Assembly (NCBI GenBank): GCA_964511375.1
Contig: CAZEEW010000006.1
Span: 279-64,278 of the forward strand
Direction of reading: 5' to 3'
Origin: an uncultured Gammaproteobacteria bacterium
GTDB taxonomy: Bacteria > Patescibacteriota > Patescibacteriia > Magasanikbacterales > GWA2-37-8
DNA: 64,000 nucleotides
This document shows, in pieces, positions 59,903 to 64,000 of this stretch. A model generated the notes under the pieces. That model did not search any database, was not told the origin of the DNA, and saw only the letters and a program-made list of their open reading frames with translations. The translations under genes were made by a program, and so were the position numbers. Positions within the stretch are counted from its first letter, which is position 1. Each line of letters starts with the position of its first letter.

Positions 59903-60110
59903 AATAACGGGTGTATAAAAGTTAATATTTATTAGAATATCACGAAGTTAAAATCCGGTCTAGGTTATATAATAAAGAGCGGGCTTTACGAAAAAACAGG
60001 CTTTTTTAAACCTGCTTTTCCACAACTGCTCGCCCTTTTGGGAAAAATACGAACGGATTTGGCCGAAATTTAAGATTGGCGGGTAGTAGAAAAATTCCCC
60101 ACATACCACA

Positions 60111-60407
60111 TGGCTCCGGGGGCGGGATTCGAACCCGCGACCAATTGATTACACTTACCTACTTGTTTCCAAATAGTGTGGACTATATCATCACCCCGAC
60201 GATGTCGGGGGCAAGGCGCTTCGACCAATTACCTGGTCTACTCCTTTCGGATAGTCTCTGAACCTTCCTGCTTTCGCAGGCTTGGCTGCTGATTACCATT
60301 GCCTTTCGACTTTAGGCTTCCAGCAATTCACCTTGTTTTCTGCCTTAATTACTTAAGGTAGCTGCGTTAAACCACAGTCAACTGCGCTACCGCTGCGCTA
60401 CCCCGGA
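60111..60407 (-). tRNA. tRNA-Asn(GUU) gene interrupted by a group I intron in the anticodon loop (exons 60374..60407 and 60111..60151)
   Basis: Perfect 7-bp acceptor stem (UCCGGGG/CCCCGGA) pairs across 297 nt; D-arm GCGC-AGCGGUA-GCGC; T-arm GCGGG-UUCGAAU-CCCGC; spliced loop CUGUUAA gives anticodon GUU with U1-A72 and G73 as in E. coli tRNA-Asn; CCA encoded. Confidence 0.65.
60152..60373 (-). ncRNA. group I self-splicing intron (222 nt) inserted between nucleotides 35 and 36 of tRNA-Asn
   Basis: Core elements AAUGGUAAUCAGCAGCCAAGCC and GGUUCAGAGACUA match conserved P3/P4/P6 and P7/J8-7 sequences of group I introns (Tetrahymena GUUCACAGACUA; Azoarcus AGAGACUA, GCCAAGC); 5' exon ends in U with GCAG internal guide pairing; intron ends in G. 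Confidence 0.65.
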
Positions 60408-60535
60408 ATAAATTGTAACGAGAAAATTATACAATATTGTTTTAAATTCGTCAATGGGGATTTTTGCCGATGGCTATCGCTGTTTATTGTGGTATGCATT
60501 TGCTTTGAATGCTAGGGGGCAAGGGCGAATCGGTC

Positions 60536-60582
60536 GCCGTAAGTAATTCAAACACCCCGTTTACTTACGGGGTGTTTTAATT
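60536..60582. terminator. overlapping alternative hairpins (CCGTAAGTAA/TTACTTACGG vs AACACCCCG/CGGGGTGTT) downstream of typA
   Basis: Two mutually exclusive 9-10-bp stems; T-run only on plus-strand side. Confidence 0.3.
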
Positions 60583-60586
60583 TTGT

Positions 60587-62392
60587 TTAGATATTTGCTT
60601 CAGCTGTACTTTTTCTCGCCGCGCGGACACGATCGTTTTCTGTTAAATACTGCTTACGAAGACGAACGCTCTTGGGTGTCACTTCAAGATATTCATCTTC
60701 AGCCATTATTTCGAGCCCCCTTTCTAGGGTTAATTCTAAGGGAGCCGTAAGTTGGAGAGCAAAGTCGGCATTTGAAGATCGCATGTTGGTTAGATGTTTA
60801 CCTTTGATTGGATTAACTGTCATGTCTTGGCCTTTAGTGGTCATGCCAATAACTTGGCCTTCATATACATCGACATTCGGCTCAACATACAAAATACCAC
60901 GCTCTTGGAGATTAGATAATGAATAGGCCAAGACTTTACCAGTTTCACCTGATATCATGGAACCATAATCTCGATGCTCAATTTCTCCAGCGTATGGCTT
61001 AAAGCCAATTACTTCTGTACAAAGTATACCTTCCCCTTTAGTATCAACAACAAACTCATTACGGTAACCTAAAAGACCACGGGTTGGAATGTTATAAATT
61101 AAGCGAGTGTGGTTTTCTTCCGGAGTCATGGCGACCATGGTGCCTTTACGTTTGGAAAGTTTTTCAATAATTGTGCCACAGAACTCGGCTGGGACATCGA
61201 TCGTTGCTTCTTCAAAAGGTTCCAATTTAATACCGTTTTCTTCTTTAATAATTACTTTCGGCATCGAAACTTGCAATTCAAAACCTTCACGACGCATGTT
61301 TTCCATGAGAATAGCAATATGCAACTCACCACGTCCATCTACTTTGTAGTAATCGGCAGAAGAAAAGTCAATGCGCAAACCAACGTTCACCTCAAGCTCC
61401 TTCTCTAAACGTTCCTTCAACTGACTATTAGTTACATATCTCCCCTCTTTACCGGCAAAAGGAGAATTGTTAACTAAGAAACTTAAAGAAATTGTTGGTT
61501 CATCGATTTTAATAGCTGGTAATAACTCTCGGTTTTGTTCAGTTGTAACAGTGTCACCAATATATATATGTGGTAAACCAGCGATCATAACAATATCTCC
61601 GGCAATGGCTTCAGACACCTCTTTACGATTCAAACCTTCAAATGTAAATAGTTTGGTAATAGTTCCGGTAAAAACTTCGCCCGTAGATTTTTTGTCATAT
61701 ACCTTATCTCCAGTTTTAATTTTTCCATCATAAACCCGGCCAATACCCATACGGCCGAGATAGTTGTCATAAGCCAAGTTAAAAGGCTGGAAGGCAAAGG
61801 ATGCTTCAATATCTACTTTAGCCGGAGTAACCTTTTCTAAAATAGTATCAAGAAGCGGAGTAAGATCTTTAGATTCATCGGACAATGACATCTTGGCTAC
61901 ACCTTCCTTGGCAATAGCATACACAGTCGTAAAATCTAATTGTTCATCGTTTGCACCCAGATCCATGAATAGCTCTAAAACGCGTTCTACGGCCCATTCT
62001 GGGCGTGCTGCTGACTTATCTATCTTATTCATCACCACAATTGGCTTAAGCCCCAATTCCAAGGATTTCTTCAAGACGAATTTGGTTTGTGGCATCGGAC
62101 CTTCTTGAGCATCAACTACCAAAAGAACGGAATCAATGGAACGCAAGACGCGTTCAACCTCCGAACCAAAGTCCGCATGTCCAGGAGTGTCTACAATGTT
62201 TATTTTTGTACCTTTATAAAAGACACTGGTGTTTTTAGAATAAATCGTAATACCGCGCTCTTTTTCTAGAGCGTTAGAATCCATACTGGTAGTCGCATCC
62301 GTAACCATTCCAGTCTGGTGCATCAAAGCATCGGTCAGACGAGTCTTTCCGTGGTCAACGTGGGCAATAATCGCGATATTTCGTATTTCCAT
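60587..62392 (-). CDS. typA: translational GTPase TypA/BipA
   Basis: AHVDHGKT G1 motif and full-length EF-G-like architecture of about 600 aa. Confidence 0.9.
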   Translation of the reverse strand: MEIRNIAIIAHVDHGKTRLTDALMHQTGMVTDATTSMDSNALEKERGITIYSKNTSVFYKGTKINIVDTPGHADFGSEVERVLRSIDSVLLVVDAQEGPMPQTKFVLKKSLELGLKPIVVMNKIDKSAARPEWAVERVLELFMDLGANDEQLDFTTVYAIAKEGVAKMSLSDESKDLTPLLDTILEKVTPAKVDIEASFAFQPFNLAYDNYLGRMGIGRVYDGKIKTGDKVYDKKSTGEVFTGTITKLFTFEGLNRKEVSEAIAGDIVMIAGLPHIYIGDTVTTEQNRELLPAIKIDEPTISLSFLVNNSPFAGKEGRYVTNSQLKERLEKELEVNVGLRIDFSSADYYKVDGRGELHIAILMENMRREGFELQVSMPKVIIKEENGIKLEPFEEATIDVPAEFCGTIIEKLSKRKGTMVAMTPEENHTRLIYNIPTRGLLGYRNEFVVDTKGEGILCTEVIGFKPYAGEIEHRDYGSMISGETGKVLAYSLSNLQERGILYVEPNVDVYEGQVIGMTTKGQDMTVNPIKGKHLTNMRSSNADFALQLTAPLELTLERGLEIMAEDEYLEVTPKSVRLRKQYLTENDRVRAARKSTAEANI

Positions 62393-62523
62393 AAGTAATA
62401 TGTGGCCCTATTTTTTGGGCCGACAGCGCATTATAACTCAAAACATTCACTTTGTCAATATCTTTAGCGGAAAAATCTGTATTAAAAAACCCTCTAGTTA
62501 AAGAGGGTTTTGAAATTGAGCTC

Positions 62524-62724
62524 TTAAACGCGAGTAACGTTTACAGCGCGTGGACCCTTTTCAGAGTCCTCGACATCAAAGGACACAGTATCACCAACCT
62601 TAAGATCAGAAAACTGTACGCCATTTAATGCTGTTTCGTGGAAGAAGATATCTTTTTGTTCACCTTCTACAGCGATAAAACCAAAGTGCTTATCGCTTAC
62701 CACATTTTTAATAGTACCTTGCAT
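62524..62724 (-). CDS. cspA: cold-shock protein (CspA family)
   Basis: RNP1/RNP2 motifs KGFGFI / VFFHE in a 66-aa protein. Confidence 0.85.
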   Translation of the reverse strand: MQGTIKNVVSDKHFGFIAVEGEQKDIFFHETALNGVQFSDLKVGDTVSFDVEDSEKGPRAVNVTRV

Positions 62725-62851
62725 ACTAGACTAAAAACTGACTGAGTAAAAAATAATTTAGCTGAAATTCGACGAACTTTTCTAAATAAATTATCTGAGT
62801 ATACTATAACACATGTTATCTAAATAGTCAAACTTTCTCGGTATGAATTTC

Positions 62852-63943
62852 TTAAATCAACTGGTAATCTCTCGAAGTTTTGCGGGCACCACGGAATATT
62901 ACGTCCATCATATTTTCCACTCCGAACTGTCGGCCATCTAAGAAACCACCCATAGCTGCTTCTGCCAGCCATCCACTATTTACCCAGTCAAATAACCATT
63001 CATTTGCGTAACGTGGATCTTCTTGCGAGATACCCGCGCCCACTGTCTTTAGCCAGGTCTTATTGAAAACTTCCTGGCTGCCCAATGGTGGAGCGATGAT
63101 AATCGGGATGCCTAGGGCACTATAAAATACCAGTTCACTTGGTTTCGTCCACAACACGTCGGTTGTGCGCAAGGACTTATTAAAATCAGCAAAATACTCT
63201 TCTTTATTTAAAGCAAAAATGATTTTTATATTTTTGCCTACTAATTTAGTTAAGTGAGATTCTGATAACAATTTTTGGAAGTACAAGTAAACATCATTAC
63301 GCGTGCCAGCTACTAAGTTAAGATTTATCTTTTGATCTAACAACGCCCCATGCAAGCTGCGCAACAAATCTTTAGCAATCGTTCGCTGCGCACCAGCACC
63401 ACCAACTGCAAAAGACAGAGTTAATGGATGATGATGTACTTCGTTTAATTTCGAGTCTTTAAAAAATTGCTTAAACGTACCACTATATTTCTCGCGGTAC
63501 TTTTTCTCTGGGTCTAAATTTACAATTCTTTCCGACAGATCGGCCTTAAGAACTCCCAACTTGCTTGTCCCTAAATTTTCTTCCGGTAAAGGAAAGCCGG
63601 TTAAAAAAATGTTTTCATTTTTTACACCATATAATCCCAAACGAGCCGTCGCTCTTCGACAGGGGGTCAGATACTTTATTCTACTTTTCCTCGGATTTAA
63701 CGGCGCCCAAGCCCGAGCAATGTCGCTGTCACAAATGACACAATAAATATCTTCTTTAAAACCATGCTCTTCCGCCATAAAGGCGACGGCGGGAAAAGTT
63801 GTAATGAGTGGTGTGTTTTTTTGATTAAGTAGCCTCACCAATTGTTCTCCCCAACCCCCTCTAACTGTGCGGTAAGTAGTAATAAGCTGGAAGTTGGGAC
63901 GAGTCAAGTCACGTGCTGGGTAGAAAGGCTGGATTCGCTGCAT
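62852..63943 (-). CDS. hypothetical protein (possibly glycosyltransferase-like); gene may extend past the window edge
   Basis: ORF track only; no confident motif. Confidence 0.3.
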   Translation of the reverse strand: MQRIQPFYPARDLTRPNFQLITTYRTVRGGWGEQLVRLLNQKNTPLITTFPAVAFMAEEHGFKEDIYCVICDSDIARAWAPLNPRKSRIKYLTPCRRATARLGLYGVKNENIFLTGFPLPEENLGTSKLGVLKADLSERIVNLDPEKKYREKYSGTFKQFFKDSKLNEVHHHPLTLSFAVGGAGAQRTIAKDLLRSLHGALLDQKINLNLVAGTRNDVYLYFQKLLSESHLTKLVGKNIKIIFALNKEEYFADFNKSLRTTDVLWTKPSELVFYSALGIPIIIAPPLGSQEVFNKTWLKTVGAGISQEDPRYANEWLFDWVNSGWLAEAAMGGFLDGRQFGVENMMDVIFRGARKTSRDYQLI

Positions 63944-64000
63944 CCGATCAATTAAAAGATCAAATAGAAAATCACCTACAATTGGTAGGTTTTTAGAACG

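Noticed and set aside
60111-60407. tmRNA (ssrA) as an explanation for a tRNA-like RNA with a long internal insert
   Set aside because: First nucleotide is U, not G. There is no G3-U70 alanine identity pair. A genuine D-arm and anticodon stem are present. There is no plausible tag-peptide reading frame ending in ALAA-like residues. The insert matches group I intron core sequences instead.

Overview
This is an AT-rich (roughly 35-40% GC), gene-dense bacterial chromosomal segment. Nearly all host genes are on the minus strand. Gene content suggests a small-genome, possibly CPR/Patescibacteria-like organism, but that is inference only. Recognisable housekeeping genes are: a complete F-type ATP synthase operon (atpZ-like, atpBEFHA, a 95-aa insert, atpGDC); an ISC Fe-S cluster (Rrf2 regulator, cysteine desulfurase, NifU, ferredoxin); MetRS, ProRS, RsmI, TatD, UppP, HtrA, Tdk, TypA, CspA; and a LexA/Y-family-polymerase SOS operon with a Cheo-type LexA box. 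Accessory content includes: two modular secreted glycoside hydrolases (a GH6 and a GH5/26-like enzyme) that share two non-catalytic domains; a 1108-aa secreted protein made of about 13 tandem Ig/IPT-like repeats; and a UvrD-type helicase fused to a Cas4/AddB-type nuclease, next to a DUF721 gene.

The most unusual feature is three short (about 0.7-0.9 kb), strongly GC-rich (about 60-65% GC) single-gene cassettes at about 24.5 kb, 36.5-37.4 kb and 46.1 kb. All three are on the plus strand, opposite to the flanking host genes. All three sit in intergenic gaps. Each carries its own sigma70-like promoter, a 5'UTR hairpin, a strong RBS, a GC3-biased ORF (a beta-carbonic-anhydrase-like protein, a small membrane protein, an acidic 172-aa protein), a long 3' palindrome and an intrinsic terminator. 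A tRNA-Asn(GUU) gene is split by a 222-nt group I intron in the anticodon loop. A 42-aa peptide with 11 Cys (metallothionein-like) that the ORF track missed is also encoded. I had no tools, so coordinates of small motifs are accurate to about +/-2 nt and no database search was run.
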